From NCBI GenBank assembly GCA_903870275.1, contig CAIQCK010000049.1, forward strand, positions 17,672-81,671: 64,000 bases of DNA. The letters run 5' to 3'. Origin of the DNA: an uncultured bacterium (GTDB lineage Bacteria > Verrucomicrobiota > Verrucomicrobiia > CAIQCK01). This document shows positions 1-11,039 of this stretch, in pieces. The notes beneath the pieces were generated by a model. The model made no database searches. It saw only the letters and a list, made by a program, of their open reading frames with translations, and was not told the DNA's origin. How positions within the stretch are numbered: the first letter of the stretch is position 1; each line of letters starts with the position of its first letter. The position numbers and the translations under genes were made by a program.

Positions 1-62
1 CTGAAGCCGTTTGTCCTTGAACAACGCGCGACGAACGGTGGTCGAAAGCAGCGGCGCTCCCA

Positions 63-88
63 CCACCGAGGTCGGTGGATGTTTTTTT
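63..88 (+). terminator. possible rho-independent terminator of an off-window upstream + strand gene
   Basis: Inverted repeat CCACCGA/TCGGTGG (63-78) followed by ATG plus a T7 run (82-88). The stem is short and the loop minimal, so support is weak. Confidence 0.3.
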
Positions 89-182
89 GGACAAGCTGGA
101 ATGGGCTTGGCTGCGCCAGCGGGCGCAAGCGCGACGCGACGTTCGCCGCCGATGAGGCGAGGCGCGTGAAACGGTAGCGATT

Positions 183-3100
183 ATGTGGATTGTTCGACTA
201 GCTCTGCGCAGACCTTACACGTTTGTGGTGGCGGCGATTTTGCTGCTGCTGCTGACGCCGATCGTGTTGATGCGCACGCCCACCGACATTTTCCCGAATA
301 TTGACATCCCGGTGGTCAGCATCTTGTGGCGTTACGACGGTTTGGACGCGCAAGACATGGAACAACGGATGATTTACAACTGCGAACGGCCCCTGACCAC
401 GACCGTCAACAACATCGAGCACATCGAGTCCACCTCCTACAACGGCATCGGCGTCATCAAGGTCTTCTTCCAGCCCGGCGCCTCCGTCAGCGCCGCCGTT
501 GCGGAAATTACGGCAATCTGTCAGACGGTCTTGCGCTCGATGCCGCCAGGCTGCACGCCGCCGTTGGTCATCCGCTACAACGCCTCGACCGTGCCGATTC
601 TCCAGTATGGCATCAGCGCCAAGAACATGGCCGAGCAGGAAGTCTTCGATCTCACCGTCAACCAGATCCGCGTCGGCCTGGTCGGCGTGCCCGGCTCCGC
701 CATCAACTTTCCCTACGGGGGCAAACAGCGCCAGGTGTCGGTGGACCTCGACCTCGCCGCGCTCAAAGCCAAGAACCTGACGCCGTTGGACGTGGTCAAC
801 GCGGTCAACGCCCAGAATCTGATTTATCCCGCCGGCACCGCCAAGATCGGCCCGACCGAATACGATATCAACCTCAACACCAGCCCCCTGGTGCTGGAGG
901 ATCTCAACAACCTGCCGATCAAGACCCTCAACGGCGCTGTCATCCGCATCCGCGATGTGGCGCAGATTCGCGACGGCTACCTGCCGCAACAAAACATCGT
1001 CCGCCAGGACGGGCTGCGCAGCACGCTGTTGAGCATTTTCAAAACCGGCACCGCCTCGACGCTCGACGTGGTTGCCGGCGTGAAGACCGTACTGCCGCGC
1101 ATTCTCAAAACCGTCACCGCCAATCTCGACGTGAAAGAGTTCGCCGACCAGTCGCTGTTCGTGCGCGCGGCGATCCGCGACGTGGTGCGCGAAGGCGTCA
1201 TTGCCGCGGGGTTGACGGCGATCATGCTGCTGTTGTTTCTCGGCTCCTGGCGCAGCACGGTCATCATTGCGCTCTCCATTCCGCTTTCGATTCTGACTTC
1301 GCTGGCGATCCTCAGCGCGCTCGGTGAAACGATCAACCTGATGACCCTCGGCGGGATGGCGCTGGCCGTCGGCATTCTCGTAGACGACGCGACGGTGGAA
1401 CTCGAAAACGTCCACCGCCAGATGGCGCTCAACAAACCGACCGTGCAGGCGATCCTTGACGGCGCGCAGGAAATTGCGCTGCCGGCGTTTGTTTCGACGC
1501 TTTGCATCTGCATCGTGTTCGTGCCGATGTTCTTCCTCGCCGGCACGGCGCGCTACCTCTTCGTGCCGCTGGCCGAGGCGGTGGTGTTTGCCATGCTGGC
1601 CAGCTACGCGCTGTCGCGGACGCTGGTGCCGACGCTGGTGATGTGGTTCTACCGCGGCGTCAATTATCATCTCCTGGCCGACGCCGACCACGTCGCCCCG
1701 GTGTTCCGTCCGTTTGCGCGGATTCAAAACGCCTTTGAGGAAGGGTTCGAGCGTTTCCGCGAGAGCTATCGGCTGCTGCTCGGGGCGGTGCTGCACCATC
1801 GCACCGGCTTCGCGCTGCTGTTTATCGTTTTTTGCGCCGGCACCATGTTGATGATCCCACAACTGGGCCAGGACTTTTTTCCCTCGGTGGACGCCGGCCA
1901 ATTCCGGCTGCACGTGCGCGCCCGCAGCGGTTTGCGCATCGAGGAAACCGCCAAGCTAGTGGACGAGATCGAGGCCGTCATCCACCGCGAAATTCCCGCA
2001 GGGGAGTTCGCCGGCATGCTCGACAACATCGGCCTCCCCAACTCCAGCATCAATCTCAGCTACAGCGACAACGGCGTCATCGGCCCCGGCGACGCCGACA
2101 TCATGGTTGAGCTGCGCGAGGGCCACCGCCCAACGGCGGATCACATCCGGCAGTTGCGCCGCACGCTCAACCGCGAGTTTCCCGGCACTCTGTTTTATTT
2201 TTTGCCGGCCGACATCGTCAGCCACACGCTCAACTTCGGCCTGCCCGCCCCGTTTGACTTGCAGATCGTCGGCCGCAAGCAAACCGAGAACCGCGCCATT
2301 GCCGCCAAGCTTGTCGAGAAAATCCGCCGCATCCCCGGCGCGGTGGACGTGCGATTGCACCAGCCGACCGACCGGCCGAAACTATACATCAACGTGGACC
2401 GCACGAAAGCCTCCGGCATCGGCCTCTCGGAGAGCGACGTGGCCAACTCGGTGTTGATGAGCCTCAGCGGCAGCGGTCAAGTGCAGCCGGCCTACTGGCT
2501 CAACCCGGCCCTTGGCATCCAATACCTCATCAACATTCGAGTGCCTGAGCGCGCAATGGATTCGATCGCCGCCCTCAACTCGATTCCGATGCGCGCCCCC
2601 AGGGCCGGTGCCGGCGGCTCGCAACTGCTGGCCAACCTCGCCACCGTCACGCGCCGCGCCGGCCCGCCGGTGGTGTCGCACTACGACATCATGCCCGTGA
2701 TTGACGTCTTTGGCGGCGTCAGCGGCCGCGACCTCGGCGGCGTGCTCGACGACATCAAGCCCCTCGTGGCCGAGGCCGAGAAGGAATTGCCGCGCGGCAG
2801 TTCCATTCATCTGCGCGGTCAGGCGGACACCATGCATTCCAGCTTTGTCGGTCTCGCCGTCGGCTTTGTGATGGCCATTGCGTTGATTTACCTGCTGCTG
2901 GTGGTGAATTTTCAAAGCTGGATGGAACCGTTCATCATCATCACCGCGCTGCCCGGCGCCGCCGCCGGCGTGGTCTGGGGACTGTGGCTGGCGCAAACCA
3001 CGCTCAGCGTGCCGGCGTTGATGGGCGCCATCATGAGCCTTGGCGTGGCCACGTCGAACTCGGTGCTCGTGGTCACGTTCGCGCGAAACAATTTGCGCAA

Positions 3101-3401
3101 GGGACTCGATCCGCTCGCCGCCGCCTGGCAAGCCGGCGCGGGCCGGCTGCGGCCGGTGCTCATGACCGCGCTGGCGATGATCATTGGCATGCTGCCGATG
3201 AGCCTTGGCCTTGGGGAAGGCGGCGAGCAAAACGCGCCGCTGGGCCGCGCCGTCATCGGCGGGCTGGTGCTGGCAACCTTCGCGACGCTGTTTTTCGTCC
3301 CGGTTGTTTACAGCCTGCTGGCGCGTCGCGCTGCGGCCCAGGACAAGCTGCTCGTCGAGCCGTCCGAATCAGGGATGGAAAACTCCGCGTCATCCGTGTA
3401 G
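183..3401 (+). CDS. efflux RND transporter permease subunit (AcrB/CzcA superfamily)
   Basis: 1072-aa ORF. It has an N-terminal TM segment (MWIVRLALRRPYTFVVAAILLLLL), two large periplasmic loops and two blocks of about 5-6 TM helices, typical of RND pumps. It is the first gene of a three-gene pump operon. Confidence 0.9.
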   Translation: MWIVRLALRRPYTFVVAAILLLLLTPIVLMRTPTDIFPNIDIPVVSILWRYDGLDAQDMEQRMIYNCERPLTTTVNNIEHIESTSYNGIGVIKVFFQPGASVSAAVAEITAICQTVLRSMPPGCTPPLVIRYNASTVPILQYGISAKNMAEQEVFDLTVNQIRVGLVGVPGSAINFPYGGKQRQVSVDLDLAALKAKNLTPLDVVNAVNAQNLIYPAGTAKIGPTEYDINLNTSPLVLEDLNNLPIKTLNGAVIRIRDVAQIRDGYLPQQNIVRQDGLRSTLLSIFKTGTASTLDVVAGVKTVLPRILKTVTANLDVKEFADQSLFVRAAIRDVVREGVIAAGLTAIMLLLFLGSWRSTVIIALSIPLSILTSLAILSALGETINLMTLGGMALAVGILVDDATVELENVHRQMALNKPTVQAILDGAQEIALPAFVSTLCICIVFVPMFFLAGTARYLFVPLAEAVVFAMLASYALSRTLVPTLVMWFYRGVNYHLLADADHVAPVFRPFARIQNAFEEGFERFRESYRLLLGAVLHHRTGFALLFIVFCAGTMLMIPQLGQDFFPSVDAGQFRLHVRARSGLRIEETAKLVDEIEAVIHREIPAGEFAGMLDNIGLPNSSINLSYSDNGVIGPGDADIMVELREGHRPTADHIRQLRRTLNREFPGTLFYFLPADIVSHTLNFGLPAPFDLQIVGRKQTENRAIAAKLVEKIRRIPGAVDVRLHQPTDRPKLYINVDRTKASGIGLSESDVANSVLMSLSGSGQVQPAYWLNPALGIQYLINIRVPERAMDSIAALNSIPMRAPRAGAGGSQLLANLATVTRRAGPPVVSHYDIMPVIDVFGGVSGRDLGGVLDDIKPLVAEAEKELPRGSSIHLRGQADTMHSSFVGLAVGFVMAIALIYLLLVVNFQSWMEPFIIITALPGAAAGVVWGLWLAQTTLSVPALMGAIMSLGVATSNSVLVVTFARNNLRKGLDPLAAAWQAGAGRLRPVLMTALAMIIGMLPMSLGLGEGGEQNAPLGRAVIGGLVLATFATLFFVPVVYSLLARRAAAQDKLLVEPSESGMENSASSV

Positions 3402-3433
3402 ATTAACGGTATCTTTCTTTCGAATAGAAACAT

Positions 3434-4627
3434 GTGAACACGCAATCAGACATGCAGTCCTCGGCGGTAACTCAGGCGACCGCCCCGCCACGTCCGCTGA
3501 GGATTGGACGCATTGTAGGCGTGACCGTCATCTTGATCGTCATCGCGTTTGTCGCCGGATTTGTGCCGCGGCTGCGCGCGCGGCAGGCGGTGGTGAAGGA
3601 AACCGTGGAACTGGCCATTCCGACCGTCAGCGTCGTTTCGCCCGCGCCCGGCGAAACCGCCATCGGCATCGAGTTGCCGGCGGAGATCAAGCCATTTGTC
3701 GAAGCGCCCATCTACGCCCGCGCCAGCGGCTATCTCAAACGCTGGCTGGTGGACATCGGTTCGCACGTCGAGGCCGGCCAGCTTCTGGCGGAGATTGACA
3801 CGCCCGAGCTGGACCAGGACCTCGCCCGCGCCCGCGCCGATCTTGTGCGGGCCGAAGCCGCCCTCGCGCTGGCCACCACCACGGCGGCGCGCTGGACGGA
3901 GCTGCTCAAGACCGCCAGCGTCAGCGAACAGGAAACAGCCGAGAAAGTGGCCGACCGCGCGGTCAAGGCCGCCGATGTGCAATCGCAGCGGGCCACCTTG
4001 CAGCGGCTCGAAGAAATGAAAATGTTTGCGCGCGTGACGGCGCCGTTTGCCGGCACGATCACCGTGCGCGATACCGACGTAGGGCAGTTGATTACCGCCG
4101 GCGCCAGTCGCGAACTTTTTCGCCTTGCGCAAACCGACACGCTGCGCGTCTTCGTCGGCGTTCCTCAAACCCTCTCGCGCGCGGTAGTGCCGGGCGTTAA
4201 TGCCGAGCTGACGCTGGCCGAGCTGCCCGGACGGAAGTTCGCGGCCAAAGTCGTGCGCACCGCCGGCGCCATGGACGCCAGCTCGCGCACGCTGCTGACC
4301 GAGCTGGAAGTGGACAATCATCGCGGCGAAATTTTTTCCGGCGGTTACGTGCAAGTGCGTTTCATCGACGCGAAGGCAATCGCGGCGCTGACGCTGCCCT
4401 CGAACACCCTGCTCTTCCGCGCCGAAGGCATGCAGGTCGGCGTGGTTGGCCCCGGCGGCAAGGTGGCGCTGCGCAGCGTCAAGCTCGGACGCGATTTCGG
4501 CAAAACCGTGGAAGTGCTTGAAGGCATTACCACGGCCGATCGCGTGATTTTGAATCCGTCCGATTCGCTCACCGCCGGAACTGCTGTGCGTCTCGTTGAA
4601 CCCTTGAAAACAGCGGCCGCTAAATGA
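3434..4627 (+). CDS. efflux RND transporter periplasmic adaptor subunit (HlyD/AcrA-type MFP)
   Basis: GTG start 32 nt after the permease. It has one N-terminal TM segment, a coiled-coil hairpin (ELDQDLARARADLVRAEAALA...) and a beta-barrel/lipoyl-like region typical of membrane fusion proteins. Confidence 0.9.
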   Translation: MNTQSDMQSSAVTQATAPPRPLRIGRIVGVTVILIVIAFVAGFVPRLRARQAVVKETVELAIPTVSVVSPAPGETAIGIELPAEIKPFVEAPIYARASGYLKRWLVDIGSHVEAGQLLAEIDTPELDQDLARARADLVRAEAALALATTTAARWTELLKTASVSEQETAEKVADRAVKAADVQSQRATLQRLEEMKMFARVTAPFAGTITVRDTDVGQLITAGASRELFRLAQTDTLRVFVGVPQTLSRAVVPGVNAELTLAELPGRKFAAKVVRTAGAMDASSRTLLTELEVDNHRGEIFSGGYVQVRFIDAKAIAALTLPSNTLLFRAEGMQVGVVGPGGKVALRSVKLGRDFGKTVEVLEGITTADRVILNPSDSLTAGTAVRLVEPLKTAAAK

Positions 4628-6069
4628 AGTCGCGGCTGCTGACCATCTCCGCCGCTTGCGCATTGCTCACGGCCTGCGCCGTCGGACCGGACTATCAACG
4701 GCCCGCCGCGTTGCGGTCGCAGCCGCTGCCGGCCGCGTTTGCCGGCGAGTGGACAATCGCCGCGCCCGCCGCTCACCTGCCCCGCGGCGCATGGTGGGAG
4801 GTGTTCGGTGACGCGGATCTCAACCGGCTGGAGTGCGCCGCCTCCACCGACAACGAAAGTCTCGCCGCCGCCGTGGCGCGATTCAACCAGGCTTCGGCGC
4901 TGGTGGACATCGCCCGCTCGGATTTCTTCCCGCAGCTTTCGTTCGCTGGTTCCGCCATCAGACAGCGCACCAGCCGCAACGCGCCGCAATCGGGCCAGCC
5001 CGCCGGACAGGCCTTTAATTACAACACATTCACCGTTCCACTCGTCATGGGCTGGGAACCGGACCTCTGGGGCCGCATCCGCCGGCAAACCGAGGCCGCC
5101 AGCGCGCGCCTTGGTGCGTCTGCCGACGACGTCGAGTCGTTGAAACTGGTGATCCAAGGCGCGGTCGCGGCGGATTATTTTGCGTTGCGCTCGTTCGATG
5201 CCGAGCTCGCGCTGGTGACTGACACGATTGAAACCTACCGGCGCTCGCTCGAACTCACGCGCAATCGCCGCAAAGGCGGGGTCGTCTCCGACCTCGACGT
5301 CTCACAAGCCGAGACACAGCTTCGGACCGCCGAGACACAGCTTCCTGCGCTTCAACTCGAGCGCGCCAGACTCGCCAACGCGCTTGCGGCGCTCTGCGGC
5401 CAGCCGGCCACGACGTTCGCCATCGTGACGGATCGCGCGCGCCTGAAGCCGCCGCCGGACGTGCCGCCGGCTTTGCCGAGCGCGCTGCTGGAGCGCCGGC
5501 CGGACGTCGCCAGCACCGAGCGGCAGATGGCCGCCGCCAACGCCGACATCGGCGTTGCGAAAAGCGCGTTTTATCCTCGCCTGGTCCTCAACGGCATTGG
5601 CGGCGTCCAGTCCATCAGCGCCGGCACGGTGTTCAACTGGCCGAGTCGAATCTGGGCCATCGGCCCGACGCTGGAAGTTCCCATCTTCACCGGCGGGCGC
5701 ATCACGGCGCAACTCGCCGCGGCGCGCGCCAACTACGACGAAACGGTCGCGAACTACCGCCAGACGGTGCTGGGAGCTTTCCAGGAAGTCGAAGACCAAC
5801 TCGCCGCGCAACGTTTGCTCGCCGCACAGCTCGTTGCGGAGAACGCCGCGCTCGTTTCCGCCCGCCGGACCCTGGACATCGCCAACAATCGTTACCGCGC
5901 CGGCCTTGTTACCTACCTGGAGGTCGCCACGGCGCAGAGCGCCGCGTTCGATCGCGAGCGTGCGGTGGTGGCGCTGCAAGGCGAACGGTGCGTGGCGACA
6001 GTCGGTCTGATCAAAGCCCTCGGCGGCGGCTGGCAGGCGACCGCTCAAGCCTCAGCCGCATCGCACTAG
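4624..6069 (+). CDS. RND efflux outer-membrane lipoprotein (NodT/OprM family)
   Basis: ATGA overlap with the adaptor gene. It has a signal peptide with a lipobox-like LLTAC and a duplicated TolC/OEP-type helical repeat (YRRSLELTRNRRKGGVVSDLDV...; NNRYRAGLVTYLEV...). Confidence 0.9.
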   Translation: MKSRLLTISAACALLTACAVGPDYQRPAALRSQPLPAAFAGEWTIAAPAAHLPRGAWWEVFGDADLNRLECAASTDNESLAAAVARFNQASALVDIARSDFFPQLSFAGSAIRQRTSRNAPQSGQPAGQAFNYNTFTVPLVMGWEPDLWGRIRRQTEAASARLGASADDVESLKLVIQGAVAADYFALRSFDAELALVTDTIETYRRSLELTRNRRKGGVVSDLDVSQAETQLRTAETQLPALQLERARLANALAALCGQPATTFAIVTDRARLKPPPDVPPALPSALLERRPDVASTERQMAAANADIGVAKSAFYPRLVLNGIGGVQSISAGTVFNWPSRIWAIGPTLEVPIFTGGRITAQLAAARANYDETVANYRQTVLGAFQEVEDQLAAQRLLAAQLVAENAALVSARRTLDIANNRYRAGLVTYLEVATAQSAAFDRERAVVALQGERCVATVGLIKALGGGWQATAQASAASH

Positions 6070-6115
6070 AGGCGGGATCGTCGGCGGCTCTTCCGGTTCT
6101 CTCCACCATGGGCTG

Positions 6116-6838
6116 TCACCGAGCCTGCCGCCTTAGGATTTCCTCAACGCGGAAGATTTGGTTGGGATAGAGACTTCCGGGCACTTTGGCAAAGCCGGCT
6201 TGTTGCGCCACCCGATAGATCGCGCACTCATGGTGGTCGCCCTCGCAAAACCGGTGGCGATACGCTTGAAACATGACATCGTGGATCGGAATCTGCCGGC
6301 CGTGGAAGGGGCAGCCCGAATGCTTCGGGCACACGCACCGTTTCTCATCACGCTCCTGCGCGCGCGCAACAATCGGCCAAGCCTCGTTGGCAAATGACTG
6401 CAACTCGGCTGCGATCTTGTCCGTGTATTCATTCTCCCGGTTGCCAACGCCCAGGACACCCTTAATGCTGTTGCCGGACATCATCGGCACGTTCATGTGA
6501 CGCAGCACTCGAGTGTGCCCTTCCGGAATGCCTTTCTTCGTGGGCCGCGTGCAGTTTTTGTAGTCGTTGGTGATCACCGCCTTGCGCTCCCGGACGCAAT
6601 CGCCCCACAAGCCCGTGCTTTCGACCGGATAGACAATGGGCTTGTTCGCCATGCTGCACATGGCCATCGCCCCCTTCGACCAGGCAATCATGGTCAGCAA
6701 GTGCTCCCACTTGTTGAGCGTCGCGAAATAGCCGATCTTGCTTCCCGTCAACCGGACCGCTTCTTCGATCAGCATGTCCGCCGTCCGCTTCAGGCTCAGG
6801 CCGTCATTCTCACGCAACCTGCGAATCGCTTCTTTCAT
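6116..6838 (-). CDS. GAF-domain protein with a C-terminal Cys/His-rich module
   Basis: 240-aa ORF. The N-terminal ~165 aa look GAF-like (SKIGYFATLN...VITNDY...GVLGVGNRENEYTD). The C-terminal tail CVCPKHSGCPFH...HRFCEGDHHEC carries no recognisable output domain. Confidence 0.7.
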   Translation of the reverse strand: MKEAIRRLRENDGLSLKRTADMLIEEAVRLTGSKIGYFATLNKWEHLLTMIAWSKGAMAMCSMANKPIVYPVESTGLWGDCVRERKAVITNDYKNCTRPTKKGIPEGHTRVLRHMNVPMMSGNSIKGVLGVGNRENEYTDKIAAELQSFANEAWPIVARAQERDEKRCVCPKHSGCPFHGRQIPIHDVMFQAYRHRFCEGDHHECAIYRVAQQAGFAKVPGSLYPNQIFRVEEILRRQAR

Positions 6839-7052
6839 GATTCGACCTCCCGTTTTGAATCCCGCTTTCCGCTATCGCATTTCGCCGCCGCAAACCGACG
6901 CACTCATACCACAATCCGGGCCATTGTGGCAATCCTTCCGGTGAAAAATCAGCCGCTATTTTCTGCAAGAAAATGTTGATTTCCACCAACGCCCCGCCTA
7001 AAGTCCGCACGCATTTCGGTTCAAGAACAACAACAATAGAAGGAGATAGACC

Positions 7053-7343
7053 ATGCCCAAGATGACCAAGAGTCAGATTGCCGCGACCATCGCTGAGAAG
7101 GTCGGCATCAAGAAAAAAGAAGCCGCTCTCGCCATGGAAGAGCTGGCCAACCTCGCCTACAAAGAGGCGAAGAATACCTTCGTCGTGCCCGGCCTGGGCA
7201 AGCTCGTGCTCGTTCAGCGCCCGGCCCGCAAGATGATCATGCGCTTTGGCCCCAAGGCCGGACAGGAAATCACCGTCCCGGCCAAGAAGGTCGTGAAATT
7301 CCGCCTCGCCAAGGCCGCGAAAGACGCGATCCTCAAGAAGTAG
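7053..7343 (+). CDS. HU/IHF-family nucleoid-associated DNA-binding protein
   Basis: 96-aa basic protein with the typical HU layout (helical N-terminus, beta-arm RPARKMIMRFGPKAGQEITVPAKKVVKFR). A strong SD (AAGGAG) lies 8 nt upstream of the ATG. Confidence 0.85.
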   Translation: MPKMTKSQIAATIAEKVGIKKKEAALAMEELANLAYKEAKNTFVVPGLGKLVLVQRPARKMIMRFGPKAGQEITVPAKKVVKFRLAKAAKDAILKK

Positions 7344-7372
7344 TCGCGCCTTAGCGTCAAGTTGTGCCCAAC

Positions 7373-7422
7373 GGGCCAACTCGCACCGACTTCGTCGGCA
7401 CGCGGGTTGGCCCGCTGGTTTT
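7373..7422 (+). terminator. possible terminator hairpin downstream of the HU gene
   Basis: GGGCCAAC (7373-7380) pairs with GTTGGCCC (7406-7413), with a nested CCGAC-TTC-GTCGG hairpin. It is followed 5 nt later by TTTT (7419-7422). Confidence 0.4.
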
Positions 7423-7490
7423 CTGCGTGGCTTGTCCGCTTGACTCCTTCGGCCGGCACTTATACTTTCAGTTGAAGACGGAGGACGTAT

Positions 7491-8003
7491 ATGAAAAGAA
7501 CATGCTTTCTGCGGTTCGGGCTGGTGGCCGCTCTGGCGGCGATGATCGTGAGTGGCCCAACGAAATCCCTTTGCGCTGACGACCGCGAACACGGGCCGCT
7601 CAATGATCGTCTGGACCAGTTGGAGCGTCGCGTCAACGAACTGGTCGAACACCAACATCAGTTCATGCAACGCCCGGGTGCAATGTTGCCGCGCTCGGAC
7701 AAACCGGTGCCATCTGGCGCTGAAGTGGCACGACCACCCATGCTGCCGGGTCCACCGATGCACCTCACGCCTCCGCCGGCGGCTCCGCGCTGCCCGCTCA
7801 GAGGAATGTGCTGCCGCTGCCCAATCCTGGCCGCGCTGTTTTTGCTGGCGTCGGTGATTAATATTCTCATCGCCGTCTGGATCTACACCGACATCCGCAA
7901 ACGCGGCGAAGGCCCCGGAATATTCATCGCGCTGGCACTGATCGCCGGAATCCCCACGGCCATCATCTACGCGCTGGTGCGAATCGGCGATAAAAAGTCC
8001 TGA
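7491..8003 (+). CDS. hypothetical secreted/membrane protein (signal peptide, coiled coil, Pro-rich linker, two C-terminal TM helices)
   Basis: GGAGG SD 7 nt upstream of the ATG. It has an N-terminal signal-like segment. The C-terminal hydrophobic hairpin AALFLLASVINILIAVWIYTDIRKRGEGPGIFIALALIAGIPTAIIYALV resembles small PLD-N-terminal-type membrane domains. Confidence 0.55.
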   Translation: MKRTCFLRFGLVAALAAMIVSGPTKSLCADDREHGPLNDRLDQLERRVNELVEHQHQFMQRPGAMLPRSDKPVPSGAEVARPPMLPGPPMHLTPPPAAPRCPLRGMCCRCPILAALFLLASVINILIAVWIYTDIRKRGEGPGIFIALALIAGIPTAIIYALVRIGDKKS

Positions 8004-8102
8004 GCGGCGCCCGCCGGCCAGCCCATCCGTTGTCCAACCGTTGACGGCGCTTGCCACCACGGCAAGGTCGCGCGCTTGACTCGACCGGCGCGTCACCTAT
8101 GA

Positions 8103-9392
<1,290 letters not shown>

Positions 9393-9419
9393 CGCCGCGC
9401 GCTGTCAGGGAACAAAAGC

Positions 9420-11039
9420 ATGATCGAAAATGCCGCGAGGGTGTTGTTGATCGAGGACAACCCCGCCGATGTGTTGCTGGTCCGCGCGATGCTCGCGGAA
9501 GCTGGCGGAGCGTGCTGCGAGGTGGAATGCACGGACCGGCTCGCCAAGGGATTGGAGCGTCTGGCCACCGAGCACCCGCACGTCGTGCTGGTGGACCTCT
9601 CCCTGCCTGACAGTCACGGATTGGAGACGTTCACGCGCATTCACACGGTCGCCCCCCACATGCCCGTGATCGTGCTCACGGCCCAGGAGGACGAGCAACT
9701 TGCGGCCAAGGCGCTGCAACTGGGCGCCCAGGATTATTTGGTGAAACAACAGATCACGGCGCCGCTGTTGATGAGGGCCATCCGCTACGCCATCGGGCGG
9801 CAACGTTCCCAGGACGCGCAGGCCCGCGACCGCCGCATGATCGAGACGCTGATGGACAACATTCCTGATGCGATTTATTTCAAGGACACCCAAAGCCGGT
9901 TTCTGCGCATCAACCGTTACATGGCGGACAAGTTCAAACTGAAAGATCCTTCCGAGGCCGATGGAAAAACCGACGCGGACATTTTCAGCGCCGGCCACGC
10001 GCAGCAGGCGCGGGCCGACGAAGAGAAGGTGATGCACACGGGCCAGCCGCTGGTCGGCATCGAGGAAAAAGAAACATGGCCGGACGGCTCGATGACGTGG
10101 GTGAACTCCACCAAAATGCCGTTGCGCGACGAGCACGGCCGCGTCATTGGCACCTATGGCATTTCGCGCGACATCACCAAACGCAAGGCCGCGCAACGCG
10201 CGCTGGCCGAGCGGACACGGCAGTTGCAGGAAAAGAACAACCAGATCGAGAACGAACTGAAGATGGCTCGCGAACTGCAAATGGCGATGCTGCCGCACGG
10301 CCTGCCGCGCATTCCTCCGGACGCTCCAGCAGGCCGGGGCGCGCTGGAGTTTGTCAGCGTTTATATTCCCGCCGGCACGGTCAGCGGGGATTTTTTCCAC
10401 GTCGTACAGATTTCGGACACCGCCGCGGCCGTGTTTATCGGCGACGTGATGGGGCACGACGTGCGCGCCGCGCTGGTGACGGCCATGCTGCGGGCGGAGG
10501 TGGAAGACCTGAGCCGCCTCATCGCCGATCCGGGCCAATTGCTCACGCAAATCAACCGCGATCTCGCCGGCATCTTCAAGGAAAGCGGCGCGGCCATGTT
10601 TGCCACCGCGTTTTATATGGTTGCCGACGTCGCCACCGGCCAGCTCTCCTGTGCCAACGCCGGCCATCCTCCTCCGGTCCGCCTGAACCGCGCGTCCGGT
10701 CTCGTCGAGCCGTTGCGCCTTGACGCGGAGCGCCGTCCCGACCCGGCGCTGGGCCTTATCGAGAACACGGTGTTCACAACCTGCCAGCGCCCGATGGCTG
10801 ACGGCGACCTCATCGTGCTGTTCACGGACGGCGTTATTGAAGCCGAGACCGCCAACGAAGAACCTTACGGCCACGAACGATTGATGGCGGCCATGCGGGC
10901 GCACGGACACCTGCCGACGGAAAAACTGCTCTGCGAGTTGATCGCCGACGCCCGCCGGTTTTCCGGACGGCACGACTTTGTAGACGACGTCTGCCTCGTC
11001 GGCATGGATGTTTCTTCCCGGTTCAAGTCGTCAGCTTAG
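9420..11039 (+). CDS. response regulator receiver - PAS - PP2C/SpoIIE serine phosphatase
   Basis: The N-terminal REC domain reads VLLIEDNPADVLL...VLVDLSLPD. The PAS-like region reads IYFKDTQSRFLRINR...WVNSTKMPLRDEHGRVIG. The C-terminal SpoIIE signature reads SGDFFHV...GDVMGHDVRAA...LFTDGVIEA. Confidence 0.9.
   Translation: MIENAARVLLIEDNPADVLLVRAMLAEAGGACCEVECTDRLAKGLERLATEHPHVVLVDLSLPDSHGLETFTRIHTVAPHMPVIVLTAQEDEQLAAKALQLGAQDYLVKQQITAPLLMRAIRYAIGRQRSQDAQARDRRMIETLMDNIPDAIYFKDTQSRFLRINRYMADKFKLKDPSEADGKTDADIFSAGHAQQARADEEKVMHTGQPLVGIEEKETWPDGSMTWVNSTKMPLRDEHGRVIGTYGISRDITKRKAAQRALAERTRQLQEKNNQIENELKMARELQMAMLPHGLPRIPPDAPAGRGALEFVSVYIPAGTVSGDFFHVVQISDTAAAVFIGDVMGHDVRAALVTAMLRAEVEDLSRLIADPGQLLTQINRDLAGIFKESGAAMFATAFYMVADVATGQLSCANAGHPPPVRLNRASGLVEPLRLDAERRPDPALGLIENTVFTTCQRPMADGDLIVLFTDGVIEAETANEEPYGHERLMAAMRAHGHLPTEKLLCELIADARRFSGRHDFVDDVCLVGMDVSSRFKSSA

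Noticed and set aside
198-1913. 571-aa minus-strand ORF
   Set aside because: It is antisense to the RND permease gene and has an extremely Arg/His/Gly/Asp-rich, low-complexity translation.
6810-8096. 428-aa minus-strand ORF spanning the HU and membrane-protein genes
   Set aside because: It crosses an intergenic region and two well-supported + strand genes (HU has a strong SD and family signature), and it has Arg-rich shadow composition.
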